A stretch of 64,000 nt of DNA from Eledone cirrhosa (lineage: Eukaryota). This document shows positions 25,414 to 40,001 of this stretch, piece by piece (the first letter of the stretch is position 1; every line of letters begins with the position of its first letter). The notes under the pieces are model-generated. The model was given only the letters and a program-made list of their open reading frames with translations, searched no databases and was not told where the DNA came from. Both the position numbers and the translations under genes were made by a program. The stretch lies in NCBI GenBank assembly GCA_964016885.1, contig OZ024749.1:22940001-23004000 (forward strand), written 5' to 3'.

Positions 25414-26041
25414 TATATATATATATATATATAGATAGATAGATATAGATATATACACACACATATATATATATTTATGCACATACATTTACACACACAC
25501 ACACGCTGACACACACACACCACACACACATATATATATATATATACATATATAGTAAATATTTATAAGTCGTTTGGAAGCCTCGACAATGCAATATATA
25601 AATATAATGGGAGACCTTCTATCCACGGAAGAAAACATGAAACAAACAAACATCCTTTCTACATAATGAATAAATACGTAGAAAACACAATCTATTTCAA
25701 TATCCTACTGGCTAATGTCTAATAACTTCTATCTTAAGATACAAATCAATACAAAATAACCTCTTTTATTTTATTTATTATTTTATCTTTATTTTATTTT
25801 GATTGATGTTGTTTTAGCTTAACGCACCGCCCTGATTATAGCCTAAAAGATTGACTCGGCTTGACATACAATGATGGAGAAGAGGAAAAAAAATGTCCGT
25901 AAGATCCTTGTATGTCTTCTATTTTACCTTAAGGAGTCGTGTCGTGTATCTTTGAAATAATAACGTACGTGATGTGTTAAAATGTGAAAATGTACACAGA
26001 AAGTTATTTGATATCAAGACACAGACGAAATATCTCCCCAA

Positions 26042-26104
<63 letters not shown>

Positions 26105-26108
<4 letters not shown>

Positions 26109-26325
26109 AAAACAGTGAAATAAAAAATCAAGTCATTAGAAATATACTTCACTGCTTTACGATCGTTTCTAGGTGATGATATTACATCGTAACTATACCT
26201 CGTTATCGATCTATGTAAGGTTAGTTACAAATTATCAAATAAGGAGAATATTTACTTACATGCATATCACCAGCTGTTGTCAAAAGCAAGCAAGCCTAAA
26301 CCCCACAACTTACCGTGGATATCTC

Positions 26326-26330
<5 letters not shown>
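26105..26330. repeat. pLTR-like repeat (related copy 52375-52770)
   Basis: Long shared blocks including TTTACGATCGTTTCTAGG and CCCCACAACTTACCGTGGATATCTCTGTGT. Confidence 0.7.
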
Positions 26331-26372
<42 letters not shown>

Positions 26373-26419
26373 AAGTTAAATAAAAAAAGTCAAATGTTTA
26401 AAATTTAGCTTCGTTTATT

Positions 26420-26474
26420 ACTGCTATATATATTTCAGTGACAGCCATCTTTGTCTGTGACCTCTTCAGGCAGT
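26420..26474 (-). ncRNA. Type I hammerhead ribozyme motif
   Basis: ACUGC CUGAAGA GGUCACAG..CUGUCACU GAAA UAUAUA UA GCAGU: 5-bp stem I, palindromic stem III. Confidence 0.72.
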
Positions 26475-26969
26475 CCGAATTAGTGTGGTATAGACAAGTA
26501 CATATGTTGTTGAGGTGTATAATATTGTCAATACTCTGATATGCCCAGTTCCTGATTGGGTTGTTATTTCATTGAGGAACTGGAGTCATATGAATTCAAA
26601 CAAACGAATTTCAGTGCCAAAGGGCCTCTTCTCCTCTCATTGGTCAGTTGTTAGAACATTCCTCATTTTAAGTGTTGTTATTGTTGGAGTTAGCTTAAAC
26701 AATTGATAAAGTGGTAGAAGGGACAAGGTGTTAAAGGAACAAAATAACAAAAAAAGTGTCAAACTTCCCATTGGTCAGTTCTGAAAGCATTCCTCGGTCA
26801 GAAGTCTATAGAATTCTTTCTGGGGTGAGGCTCCCTGTAGTGTTTGTGTTTGCTATTTATTTAACTTTACTTTACATTACTCCGGAGTAATCAAACCAAC
26901 CTGCGCACTTCGTCGAGTGCTCCAGCCTGCATATTGAGGTGTTGGTATACAACCAACATATATTCAAAA

Positions 26970-27084
<115 letters not shown>

Positions 27085-27194
27085 GCAGTGTGTTTGCTGT
27101 TTAATCGAAGATGCGTTCGTAAACGTGTCGCGTACTTCAAGTTCGTGTAAGACGCAAACATATATATATATATACATATATTTCCCCTTAGGTA

Positions 27195-27378
27195 TCTATC
27201 TATGTTCTATCGACGGGGTATTAAACAACCCATTTGTAACGCCTACCCCGTATTGTGCATTTCGATTGTTAAATTTGTTTGTTTTAATAATATTTTTCCC
27301 GACTATATGTAAAATCCCCGGCATTTGTCTTTGTATTGTCCCCTTTTCTTGTGCCCCCGTGTGGCAAATAAAGAAATC
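27195..27378 (+). mobile_element. Tx1-type 3' UTR fragment
   Basis: Ends GTGTGGCAAATAAAGAAATC followed by (TATC)n, the same terminal motif as copies 1 and 2. Confidence 0.6.
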
Positions 27379-27862
27379 TATCTATCTATCTCTCTATCTA
27401 GCTATCTATCTATCCACCTACCTACCTGAAAACGTAATAGCCTCGCTTCTCACCTATTCACCTAGCCCTTTACCCAGCCACAAAGCCTTCTATCTACCTA
27501 TCTACCTTCATAGCTACATACGTGTCCTCCCTTCCTAATTTTAACATGGATATATTTATTTAGTTATCTAACAAAAGCTATATGCCTTCCCCCACGTCAC
27601 CGTTCAATCTGGTCGTCTTTCAATTACAATCAATATTGTTAAGTTCCTATTACACCCTCAGCTATCTCATTACCACCACCGAGCTAGCTCGAGTCATCTA
27701 ACCAACCAGTTAACTATATGTATGTATGTATTTATGTATGTATGTATTTATGTGTGTATGTATGCCTGTATGTATGTATGCACATGTACATAGATATATA
27801 TTTACAAACACACACATGCATACATACATGCATACATAAATATATAAATTCATACGTATATT

Positions 27863-27901
<39 letters not shown>

Positions 27902-27944
27902 GTGTGTATATATATATATGTATGTATATATGTATGTATATATA

Positions 27945-28000
<56 letters not shown>

Positions 28001-28037
28001 CATATATACACACATATATATATACACATACATACAT

Positions 28038-28132
<95 letters not shown>

Positions 28133-28371
28133 TGTATATACATATAATATATATATAATGGCAAAAGTAAAATAAAAAGTTGTTTTCCGCCCTCCCAGAA
28201 CATGATACAATAGTTGTTAATCAATTCGCTTACAAGGACGCCTCGGTTTAATTAAATCTGGCCGCCATTTTGTGGTAACATATGGTGATACTGAGTGATA
28301 TTACAGTGTCATGTCTCTTTCAAATATACATATATACAAACACATATACTTATGTACAAATATACATATAT

Positions 28372-28925
28372 ACTTCCACATCGATCTCAAACTATGGCAC
28401 GCCGCCCAGGCTTTGCGCTTCCTCTCAACCACATCATCTTCCGTATCCCCAATCTTTGCTCCCAAAGGTCGTGAAGACCTGAAAATCCGCCTCTTCATTG
28501 CTGTAGTGGAGTCTGTGCTGCTGTACGGGTCTGAGACTTAGACACTGACCAATAAACTCACTCAGATGGTGGATGGGTGCTACACGAGAATGCTGAGGAT
28601 GGCTCTGAACATTAATCAGTATACACTGAGGTTGAAAAACTCAGAGGTGTATGGGAGCCTCCCAAAAGTCAGCTCAAAAGTGACACAGAGGGGACTGAGG
28701 TTAGCTGGACATGCTCACCGACATCCAGAGTTGACATTGCACTCAGTGCTCCTGTGGGAGCCCCTACATGGACACACTAGAAGTGGAAGACCAAGGTTAA
28801 CGTATGTTGATGCCCTAAGGACAGACATTGGTCTGTTGGAGACGCAGGACATGGCAGCGATAATGAGGGACAGAGACCGCTGGAGGGAACTAGTCCATGG
28901 ATCTCGGGAATTTGACCCGCCTTAG
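28372..28925 (+). mobile_element. RTE-group LINE 3' fragment with inverted 5' piece
   Basis: Plus strand LKIRLF..VESVLLYGSET..YTRMLR..LAGH..RHPE..GRP..DRDRWR; minus 28372-28465 LGAKIGDTEDDVVERKRKAWAACHSLRSMWK is the preceding RT segment. Confidence 0.85.
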
Positions 28926-29293
28926 ATAGATAGGCACATATATACATACATAAATAACGTCACCTTCCCTCTCTCTCTCAGACACTCTCTCTCCCCCTCT
29001 CTTTTTCTCTCTATTTATATGTATATATATATGTGTGTATACACATTTATATTTTCATATATTTTCATATATTTATTTATGTGTATGTGTATATACATAT
29101 ATATATACACATATATATAATATATATAAATATATATGTATACATACTTAAATATAATATATATATGTATTTATATCTAGTTATATACATATATAAAAAA
29201 AAATATACATCTGTACATGTATATATAAATATATATATATACATACATAAACACACACACACACATATGTATGTGTGTGTATGTGTGTGCGTG

Positions 29294-29330
<37 letters not shown>

Positions 29331-29602
29331 GTGTCTATATGAATGACTCGGTGTTTGTGTGTTTATGTCTGTGTCCATATATTTATTATATTTTATTCTT
29401 CAACTTATATTTTTCTAAATAAGTTTTTCATTTCTGTGTTTTTAAATAAATACGATATTTATTGACGTGCTACGTGTTTGTTTCTTCGCCCGTGGCTTTC
29501 ACTAAATTACGAAGGGAATGTGTATCGGGAACATATTTACAGAAGAGGTGTATATGCACATGAGTGTACATATTTGAGGAAAAGGAAGGGAGAGCATAAT
29601 AA

Positions 29603-29782
29603 TTGTTTCTACTTTTGGCACAAGACCAGCAAAATCACCAGTGCATTATTGGTACTTATTTAACCGTCCACATAAGGATGAAAGGCAAAGTTAACCTCGT
29701 CGGGAATTGAACTCAGATTGGAAAGGGTCGTAACTCTATGCATCAAAGCATGGCGTCCGACCCTCTACCGATACTGCCAATC
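29603..29782 (-). mobile_element. tRNA-derived SINE, same family as 20594-20780
   Basis: Reverse complement matches GATTGGCAGTATCGGTAGAGGGTCGGACGCCATGCTTT. Confidence 0.75.
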
Positions 29783-29887
29783 GAGCATATTAATAGAAAC
29801 ACGTATTCTTACAAACGTATACATAGACACACACACTCTCGTTCCTCGCATTTACACAGGCACATATATACATATGTATACACCTGG

Positions 29888-29942
<55 letters not shown>

Positions 29943-30190
29943 ACCACAGACACAGAAATATATTGATACATTCACAATGAAAAAGGCTTATCGTACACAA
30001 ACATATGTATGCCAAAGTAGAAACCCTTGTGACAAGAAACGTGCCAAATAACGGATCGCAGACACACACACACACACACACTCACATATATATATAAGTT
30101 CCAAAGAGATTGTTTCGGTAAAAACAGGAGCAAGTATATATATATATACAGAATTCACAAGAATCAAAGCTATGTTCAAAGCATTTATTC

Positions 30191-30235
30191 ACTTACAATT
30201 GTTTCATCCAAACTTACACTTGGATTCTTCGGAGC
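30191..30235 (-). ncRNA. Type I hammerhead motif with one core change (CCGAAGA)
   Basis: GCU CCGAAGA AUCCAA-GUGUAAGU-UUGGAU GAAAC-AAUU-GUA AGU. Confidence 0.62.
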
Positions 30236-30434
30236 ATTTTTCCATGTTTGTACATATAATTGACCTCCTATCCAACGCAACAGACATACAAATACATATA
30301 TATATATATTGATGTACAGTGGAGTGACATATATTATACTATACTATCTTTGTACAGCAATTCACTGTTAAAGGTTTAAAATATACATAACTATAAAAAG
30401 TTTAAAATATACATAACCATAAATAGTATCCTTA

Positions 30435-30478
<44 letters not shown>

Positions 30479-30481
<3 letters not shown>

Positions 30482-30790
30482 GAAGTAATTCCATCGGAAA
30501 AGTCCAGGAAAAAAGAGTACTCTATGTAGGTAACAGAGCTTAATAGTTATGTAATAAACAACATAAGGCAATTATTCCATTTACCAGTGGTTTCTTAAAA
30601 GCAAAGGATTTTGCTTTCAATCCTCAGAATGAAAAAATCCTGGTCTGTTTATTGAATTTGGATTTAAAAAACTATTTAAAATCCAAATTCAATAAACAGA
30701 CCCTGATTTTTTCATTCTGAGGATTGAAAGCAAAATCTTTTGCTTTTAAGAAACCACTGGGAAATGGAATAATTGCCTTACGTTGTTTAT
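30479..30790 (-). mobile_element. Penelope pLTR-derived fold-back element, family A
   Basis: Inverted repeat 30553-30790 plus a ~75-nt tail also present at 35143-35208; a hammerhead motif in each arm. Confidence 0.78.
30578..30631 (-). ncRNA. Type I hammerhead ribozyme motif (intact core)
   Basis: CAUU CUGAGGA UUGAAAGCAAA-AUCC-UUUGCUUUUAA GAAA CCA-C-UGG UA AAUG; the plus-strand mate 30713-30766 has UA changed to GA. Confidence 0.78.
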
Positions 30791-31300
30791 TCATTTAAAT
30801 TATTGATTTATTGATATTTTATTTGAGTGACCCGAATCTTCCTGGTCGTTCTTTTTCGGCTGCATGGGTGATTTTAGGCATACTCTTTATGTGTTGGTAT
30901 TTTAACGATAGTTATAGCTCTGATTTATCTAAATTATTGAGCCCTCTGCCACTCATATCGGATTTGTTTATCGTTAATTCGTGAGCTGATTTTCCGATAC
31001 TCGATTATTCTATTATATATATATATATATTCATTTAGGTTTGTTGGTTCACCAGTGGATATACCTTGTCATTCCGTATAGCCAATCGTGATGTAATATT
31101 AGGAAAAGCACTCGACGTAATGCAACTCATCCATCCTCGCTTATGTTTAATCTCGTTGGTGGTGCGAGAACGGAGTTAATTATTATTGAGTAAAATGACA
31201 GGAAGCCGGACTGGTGAAATTTCTTAAAGAATTATTACAAACACGATACACATTTCAAAATTCCATGTATATGTACACACACACACACACATGTATATAT

Positions 31301-31507
31301 AACGAAGGAAATGTGGTAAGGAACCAGATGGACCATAACGCACGAAAGTACTCAATACTTAGGGTAGTAGAATGGGTAATAGGAATGAGTAGGACGCCGA
31401 CGGCTGAGCTCAAGCCGTTTCGACGGCTAATTATGGACTAATAATGAGTCCAGAATTAGCCGTGGAAACGGCTTGAGATCAGCCGTCGGGGTCCTACTCG
31501 TTCCTAT
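31301..31507. mobile_element. pLTR-like fold-back element with degenerate hammerhead
   Basis: Inverted repeat 31379-31507; GAAACGGC-TTGAGATCA-GCCGTC stem III with a GUC site; CUGAUGA box decayed. Confidence 0.6.
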
Positions 31508-31658
31508 ATATATATATGTATATATAAACAATGAATACTCTGTTTTCCTGTGATTTTCATCGAAAATTTTAGAATGCATCTTCTCTTTTCATGATATTTG
31601 GATTACATTGAGTTCTTCATACGGATTGGACACTACCGTATATTTTGGTAGATTTATC

Positions 31659-31725
<67 letters not shown>

Positions 31726-31749
31726 GTATATGTATATATGGGGGACGGG

Positions 31750-31915
31750 GGTTCAAGCGGGTGTAACCAGAGTCAGTAAGGTACTCAATACACTAGTAGA
31801 TGTGTAAGCATTATTTTTAATATCGAAATAACTTCTAAAGAAAGGACTACAAATATTTCCCAAATCATCTGATGATGTATTTTGAACGAAACAGTTCAAG
31901 TCCTGTAAATGGTAT
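31750..31915. repeat. Diverged family-B pLTR with hammerhead core on + strand
   Basis: CTGATGA..GAAACAGTTCAAGTCCTGTA at about 31869-31907; a related decayed copy lies at about 34272-34393. Confidence 0.55.
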
Positions 31916-31943
31916 TTCTGTATCAAACGTTATACATTAAACA

Positions 31944-32061
<118 letters not shown>

Positions 32062-32265
32062 ATACACGTATAGGTTTGTATATATATAAACTTTACAAGC
32101 ATGCGTTCATATACATCACCACAAACACATAAGTGTGCGTGGGTATTAATTACACAACGACAAAACGTAATTAAGTTAAATAACTCATTATAATTACATC
32201 GCTAATAGGTTATTCATAACAGCTAATTATATTCTAGTGATCGAAAATAAGAGATAGATAGATGA

Positions 32266-32352
<87 letters not shown>

Positions 32353-32760
32353 GGGAGAGGTTAATATATATACTTTCCTCTATCTATCTTTCTCATCAAC
32401 ACTTTTGCGTTCTCCCTCTTTCGTTCTTTCTTTCTCTCTGCCTCGCTTTCTCTCGGTGTCAATTACTTTATGTTCTATTACTAACCTGAATAACCCAAAG
32501 GTCATGCCGTATATATTACATTGTTCTCACATCCGCATCCGCTTCTTATATTTAACAGTCTTTATATATATCCATGACTTACTGTCTTTATATCTATCTC
32601 TCCTATCGATCGAACTCTATATTATCTATCTATTTATCTCTATTTCTATCAATGTACACACATAAATATATACATACATACATACATGTATGTATGTATG
32701 TATGTATGTATGTATGTATGTATGTATGTATGTATGTATGTATGTATGTATGTATGTATG

Positions 32761-33164
32761 AGATGACCCCTTAGCCTTTGTCAAGGCAGAATTCCAGGAG
32801 AAGGAAAACTCTGATATAACACCTGCAACCCTGATTGTATCCAATGATGTTGACTTGTTCTTCTTTTTGGTAAATATCATCTTGGTTAAGAGAGTGGGAC
32901 TGGCTTTGTGCAGTGCCTTTGCTCACTATAAAAGCTTCACGGAACAGGCATTGCTTTGTATCTGGAGATCTCTCTGCACTTGTCATCACATGGTACCATC
33001 CGCCCAGCTCTATGTGTCAATAATTGTCACAAGCGTAGTGTTTGTACCAGAGTTTTCAAGTCGCTGGCTGGACTAAAAAGACACACTCGCTCAGCGAATC
33101 GGTAGGGGTTCTCCTACATGGACATAAAGTAGTGGCCGTACTCGAAAACGAGTTGGCAACCACC
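32761..33164 (+). mobile_element. RTE-derived non-autonomous element, 5'-truncated, in (TATG)n
   Basis: Collinear with 15663-16069. Confidence 0.78.
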
Positions 33165-33176
33165 ATGTATGTATGT

Positions 33177-33244
<68 letters not shown>

Positions 33245-34392
33245 GTATATATATATATAAAATTATAAGTTTGAAGAACAGACAGATAAAATATATCCAA
33301 TTTTTCTTCTCTTTAGTCGGTACAAATTAACTAGATAAATAATCATTTAAACGGAGCAATGTTTAGAATGTAACTTCGAAGAAATAAGAGATAAATGACA
33401 CAGACTATCCCTTGTGAGGAACAGCTAGATAACATTTACCCAGTCGTTCATCTTAGCCCGTAGAAATTGACCTAGATAAATAATCAATTAAGTCTAAAAA
33501 GCAAGTTTGAAGAAAAAAATATATATAAACTTTACCAAAATTCACCTAGCCCGATTATCGATAGTTCCGCTCGTACTTTGTGGATATGTCAAATCCTGGT
33601 ATTATCCATGAGGTTTAGAGCTTATCAAGAGACTCACTCAAGAGGACTAATATTTCGACAGGGATCGCCGCCAGAAATGAATTCAAAAGGGGTAAGAATC
33701 ATCACTTGGCCAACGGTCAAAGTAGAAGGGTGAGAAGGGTAGGCCACATGGAAGGTAGGTTTGCTGCTAGAAGAAGCAGTTAGTTATCGCCTAAGATTTA
33801 TTCGACCGAAAGGGAGTATAGAATAAATTCATAAGGATATATATGTAAATATTTAGACATAGTCACCGATACATATTTGAGTGTGGCTACCTTCCACGGT
33901 GTGGCTCAATGAAAAAATTAATTAAGCAACTAATTATCAATCAGAGCTATATAAAATTATAAGTTTGAATAACAGACATAAAATATATATATATACATAC
34001 GTATGTATATATCTGTACATATACATAAACATACATAAATATACATACATATATGTATATATATATATAATATATATATATATGTGCGTATATATATATA
34101 TATGCGTATGTATATGTACATATATACACACACATATATAGGCCTTACTGGTGTTTAAGCAAAAGCAAGCACCCAATGTACAGGCAGAATGTGTATATTA
34201 GAAGAAAACGAGGAAGTTTTGATACACGATAAATATCCTTTACATGTAAACGAAACCCCCTCTTTTCTTTCTCATGATGATTTCTCCCGAATGAAACAGT
34301 TCTAATCCTGTAAAAGCCATTTATATATTAAATATTTATACTCTGCTATGTATTGAGTACCTTGAGTTACCCCTGATTGAACCTGGGATAAT

Positions 34393-34478
<86 letters not shown>

Positions 34479-34690
34479 TGTCTGTGTGTGTGTGTGAGTG
34501 TGTGTGCATGTGTGTATAATTGCAATATGCTTATAAACCAAAATTCGAACTTATAGAGTGTTAATCACTGCTAATTATTTCTTCCAATAATGTTATATCA
34601 CCAATAGGAAGTTTCTATTCAACCACTTGCTATTAGTTTGCATAAACTATAAGAATGAGTAAAATTGACTCACATATGTATTATTCTTAA

Positions 34691-34767
<77 letters not shown>

Positions 34768-34776
34768 GGAACACAC

Positions 34777-34828
<52 letters not shown>

Positions 34829-34830
<2 letters not shown>

Positions 34831-35126
34831 AGGGAATTACTGTAGGTTCATCCGGGTGAGCACTCGATGTTTAGGTTCACATCAGTGACGAGGTGTAGAT
34901 CTAGGCAGAGTGTGTTTTAGTGAAAAGATAACGAGGACGATTGGTTACTCTTTCATTACATTTATTGCTTGGTGACGCACGTTTCGCCACTGATCAGCTC
35001 AAAGTTCGATCTGTATCGATCCTACTCGACTCTGTAATCCGCGGTTCGACGGACCCCTTCAAATGCACGTCACCAATCAAGAAATGTAATGAAGGAGTAA
35101 CCAATTGTCCTTGTTATTTTTCACTA
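34829..35126. mobile_element. pLTR-like inverted repeat plus tail element
   Basis: Arms about 34918-34977 and 35068-35126; minus strand GAAAC-GTGC-GTC half-hammerhead; (TA)n flanks. Confidence 0.55.
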
Positions 35127-35244
35127 TATATATATATATATAAATGAAGTAATTCCGTCGGAAAAGTCCAGGAAAAAAGAGTGCTCTATGTAAGCAACAG
35201 AGATTAATTATTATTATGTAATAAACAACATAAGGCAATTATTC

Positions 35245-35298
35245 CATTTACCAGTGGTTTCTTAAAAGCAAAAGGTTTTGCTTTCAATCCTCAGAATG
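35245..35298 (-). ncRNA. Type I hammerhead ribozyme motif (intact core), family A
   Basis: CAUU CUGAGGA UUGAAAGCAAAA-CC-UUUUGCUUUUAA GAAA CCACUGG UA AAUG. Confidence 0.78.
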
Positions 35299-35595
35299 AA
35301 AAAAATCCTGGTTTGTTTATTGAATTTGGATCTTAAAAAACAAAAAAAGCAAGCTATATGAAAGTGAGGCTGGAGAAGGAAGAAGGAAAGGAAAAATAAA
35401 ATAAGACTACACATACAACCACACATACACGAACAAACATAAAGGCACACACACACACACACACACATACACACACACGCATACACACACACGTTATTCC
35501 GGGTTGAATCGGAGGCAGCCACAGTAAGCAAGGCACTCAGTACACCGCAGAGCATGAAAGTTTTAATATAGATGAGAATCTGTATATGTATACAA

Positions 35596-35633
<38 letters not shown>

Positions 35634-35972
35634 GCGCGCATGTGTATGCGCGCACGCACGCACGCGTATAAATATATAAATATATTTCCCCCATACACAT
35701 GTGTGTGCGTGCAAGTGTCTCGTGAATTAGATTATACTTAGAAAATGTCTACAGAATTCCCTAAACCTTCGTCAATTTACTAGGACCTTTAAGGATTTGG
35801 GTTTTAAGGAATCCCCCCTTCCTCCAAATATATCTACCATGACTGACCCCATACTGATCTTACAGACACCTGTAAGCTAAAGAGAAACCTAATGATAAGG
35901 ATTGGCTCCAATCTCAATACGGAAATCTGTCTGCCTTTGTTCCTCTAAGAACAAACATATACAACCATTCAT

Positions 35973-36025
<53 letters not shown>

Positions 36026-36116
36026 TATCTACACACACACACGCATACATATATATATATATATATACACACACATACACACACACACATACACACACAC
36101 ACACATGCATATATAC

Positions 36117-36147
<31 letters not shown>

Positions 36148-36237
36148 TATATACACGCATATATATACACACATATATATATATATGCGCGTGCGTACAC
36201 GCATACACATACGTACACATAGCCATACCCACACACA

Positions 36238-36316
<79 letters not shown>

Positions 36317-36744
36317 CATACATTCACACAATCAAACATATATACACACGTACATGCATACACATGCATACGCACGAAATAGTCAACGCATTCACACACT
36401 CTCACACATAAAAAAATTTCAAATACAAATACAAAAACGCATACATACGCATACATGCAAAACCACGCACAAGTGTACAATCTATACACACACACACGTG
36501 TATACAACTATATGCACACACACACATATATGCATACATATACACACATACATACATATACACACGTACACATACACACACATATACATACATAGCTAAA
36601 CAATTATACACATACAAATACGTATATATCATAAACACGCACAACAGAACACAAACACACACACACAAACACACACACACACACACATATACAATTATCA
36701 ATATATACACACGCACATATGTACACACACACATATACACACAC

Positions 36745-36823
<79 letters not shown>

Positions 36824-36993
36824 TTCATATACACATATACACACATACACACAACCACGCACACACACATGTATACGCATCCACACACGTATATGCGTGT
36901 GTGTATGTAAAACTCAATCTTAGATAAATCATAAGGACCTTACATATACGTATATATAGTAGTAAAGTATTAAAGCAACAAAGGCAATTATTC

Positions 36994-37048
36994 CATTTAC
37001 CAAGGGTTTCTTAACAGCAAAAAATTTATTCCTACAATCTTCAGGATG
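36994..37048 (-). ncRNA. Type I hammerhead motif downstream of the PLE ORF, diverged family A
   Basis: CAUC CUGAAGA UUGUAG..CUGUUAA GAAA CC-CUU-GG UA AAUG; stems partly mismatched. Confidence 0.6.
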
Positions 37049-37441
37049 AGAGAAACCTGGCTAATCCACACATACACATATATACACACACACACAAATA
37101 CATACACATATAAATACATACACACAGGCACACACACACATACGTATAAACATATATACATACACACATACACATACACACACATATCTATATGTAGATA
37201 TATACACACATATATATATATATATACACACATACACACAAATATACATACACATACACATAGGTATGTGGAGGGCAAGGCAAAAAGAATATATGTGGGG
37301 GGGGGGGGGCATAGGAGAAGGTAAAATATAAGGGGAGGTAAGGGAGAAAAAAATATATAATAAATGTAAGTATACAAGAGTACAGAACGTAGAAACAGTA
37401 AAATAAAAGCCGTAGCAGAAGTAAAGAGCGGGAGAAGGAGT

Positions 37442-39420
37442 TCAAGGCGGTTGATTTCTCATAGGAGTGTCAATCCAGTTACAGATCAGGTGCGGTCTCA
37501 GATGAGTACAGCATCTGAAGATCTCAGTCTTTGAATTAAGGCAAGCGGAAGTGTCTCTCAAGTTTAGCAAAATCCTATACTTTTCTGTGGTACACAAAGA
37601 ACAATTCTTTGTGCCCCTTTGGTACTCCCTCGAATGGTCTAATATAGACCAATCAATAGAGTACGGGATGTTACTATCCTTGAGTTCCCACACCTTACTT
37701 GCGAGGGCCGTTGATGTTCGTTTATCGGAGTGCTTAAAAGAAGCGACATGTGAGTAAAATCTGGTTTTAAACCTGTCCTGGGTCATACCGACATATCGCT
37801 CACTCCTGGCTGGCTGGTTGTTGATTACTGGTGTTATCGTAGCCTCATAAACGACAGATTTAGTGTTACATCTACCCTGCAATGGGCATTCGTCCGGCTT
37901 CCTGCAACTGCATCCTGGATTTATTCTCGTCCGGTTTGAGCTGGTGATTTTGGACTTCATAGATGGCAACAAGAGTAGCTGATCTTGACTACGTTCCTAT
38001 TAAATATCTTATAGTATCTATGATTAGGAGGAAAATGTTTGTCTAATAGTTCAAGGAATTTCCTTCCTACATTAGTTTTGACAGTTAGAGAGAAGGGGGG
38101 TGTGAACCAAATAATCTTCCTTTTCCTGTTATTGTGGTTAGTTTTATGGGGGGGGGGGGGAGTAGGTAAATAATATTTTTTTTCTGTAAAACCGCTGTTC
38201 TTAAGGGCTTTATTATAATAAGGGGCGGCTTTATTAAAAATGTCTGTAGACGAAGATAAGGTAGAAATCCTACGGTTAATGTTAGGAATGAGATTATTAA
38301 AAGCTATAGGGGGATGGCAAGACTCTTTGTGTATATACCTAAGATTTTCGTTAGGTTTATGGTAGGGTTTAAAAGAGGCAGTAAGTAAATCAAGATTAAT
38401 ATCAAGAAAGTTAGCATTAGTAAGGTTCGTATCTATAGTAATTTTAAGGTTAAGATTAGCAAAAGTATTGATTAAATCTTTACGGAATTTATCAAGGTCA
38501 TGGCCGTTGGTGGTATGAGAAACTGCTAATCCGTAATCACGGTATAAACCGATATTATGGGACGGAAATTTCTCTTTGAGGGTTTGGAGAAGGAACAATC
38601 CAACTAAGTCACACACATCCGCACTGTCATATGAACCCATTGCGACATCAAAAGAGTTTTCAGGGTTTGACATTTTAACCCAAATATTATCATTAGTAAA
38701 AAGTAAAGTATTTCTAGCATGGAGGATAATGTCTTCTTCTAATTTAGAAATATTAATGGAGAGTCTTGCAAAATCTAAGGCCTTAGTTAATAAGGAAACA
38801 GTAATAGAAGGGTAAAAATCGACAATATCAAACTGGGTAAATCTACACTTATTTTTACCTTGTATATTATTGAACCAAGAAATAACAGAGGAAGTATTTA
38901 GCCACTGTGATAGGTCAGTGTTAGTTCTGATTTGGAGAATTATTTTTCTTAAGATATTCTTACTTACAAGGCGAACCTCGGATTTAGCCGGGTTAATCAA
39001 TCTACAACTAGGTCGATTAGTAAAGTCCAATGTATGGTCTTTAAGGGTAATATATTCTTTACGCTTAGCTAAGCTTTCGATCCGGTTATCTATTTGTAAA
39101 GAACTAGCTAGTTCTTTAGCTTCTTTATTGATAGTATTGTAGGTATTATTATTAGTTAATTGATATTTATTGGTAATACTATTAGGTAAAAGTTGGTTAT
39201 ACAAAGTACTATTAACTTCAAAGAGGTTTTTAGTTTTATCAGAAAGAACGAAAGTGTTTGTAGAATTTCTAAAATTAGAAATATCGTTAGAAAGTTTTAC
39301 AGGTGTCTGTAAGATCAGTATGGGGTCAGTCATGGTAGATAGATTTGAAGGAAGGGGAGATTCCTTAAAAGCTAAATTCTTAAAGGTCCTAGTAAATTGA
39401 CGAAGGTTTAGGGAATTCTG
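37442..39420 (-). pseudogene. Penelope-like RT + GIY-YIG endonuclease, frameshifted (tentatively Nematis-like)
   Basis: FDIVDFYPSI, MGSYD, GLYRDYGL (YRDD mutated), FLDI, IWFTPPFS; frameshift near 37965; CSC..CPL..C, VVY..YVG, R..H, CSLC..EK, LN..E GIY-YIG motifs. Confidence 0.9.
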
Positions 39421-39534
39421 TAGACATTTTCTAAGTATAATCTAATTCACGAGACACTTGCACGCACACACATGTGTATGGAGGAAATATATTTATATTT
39501 GTATACGCGTGCGTGCGTGCGCGCATACACATGC

Positions 39535-39593
<59 letters not shown>

Positions 39594-39739
39594 TATACAT
39601 ATACAGATTCTCATCTATATTAAAGCTTTCATGCTCTGCGGTGTACTGAGTGCCTTGCTTACTGTGGCTGCCTCCGATTCAACCCGGAATAACGTGTGTG
39701 TGTATGCGTGTGTGTGTGTATGTGTGTGTGTGTGTGTGT

Positions 39740-39773
<34 letters not shown>

Positions 39774-40001
39774 TTTTATGTTTTTTCGTGTATGTGTGGT
39801 TGTATGTGTAGTCTTATTTTATTTTTCCTTTCCTTCTTCCTTCTCCAGCCTCACTTTCATATAGCTTGCTTTTTTTGTTTTTTAAGATCCAAATTCAATA
39901 AACAAACCAGGATTTTTTCATTCTTAGGATTGAAAGAAAAACCTTTTGCTTTTAACAAACCACTGGTAAATGGAATAATTGCCTTATGTTGTTTATTACA
40001 T

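Noticed and set aside
37442-39333. Programmed frameshift or recoding between the PLE RT and GIY-YIG
   Set aside because: The catalytic YRDD is also mutated to YRDY, so simple decay is the more parsimonious reading
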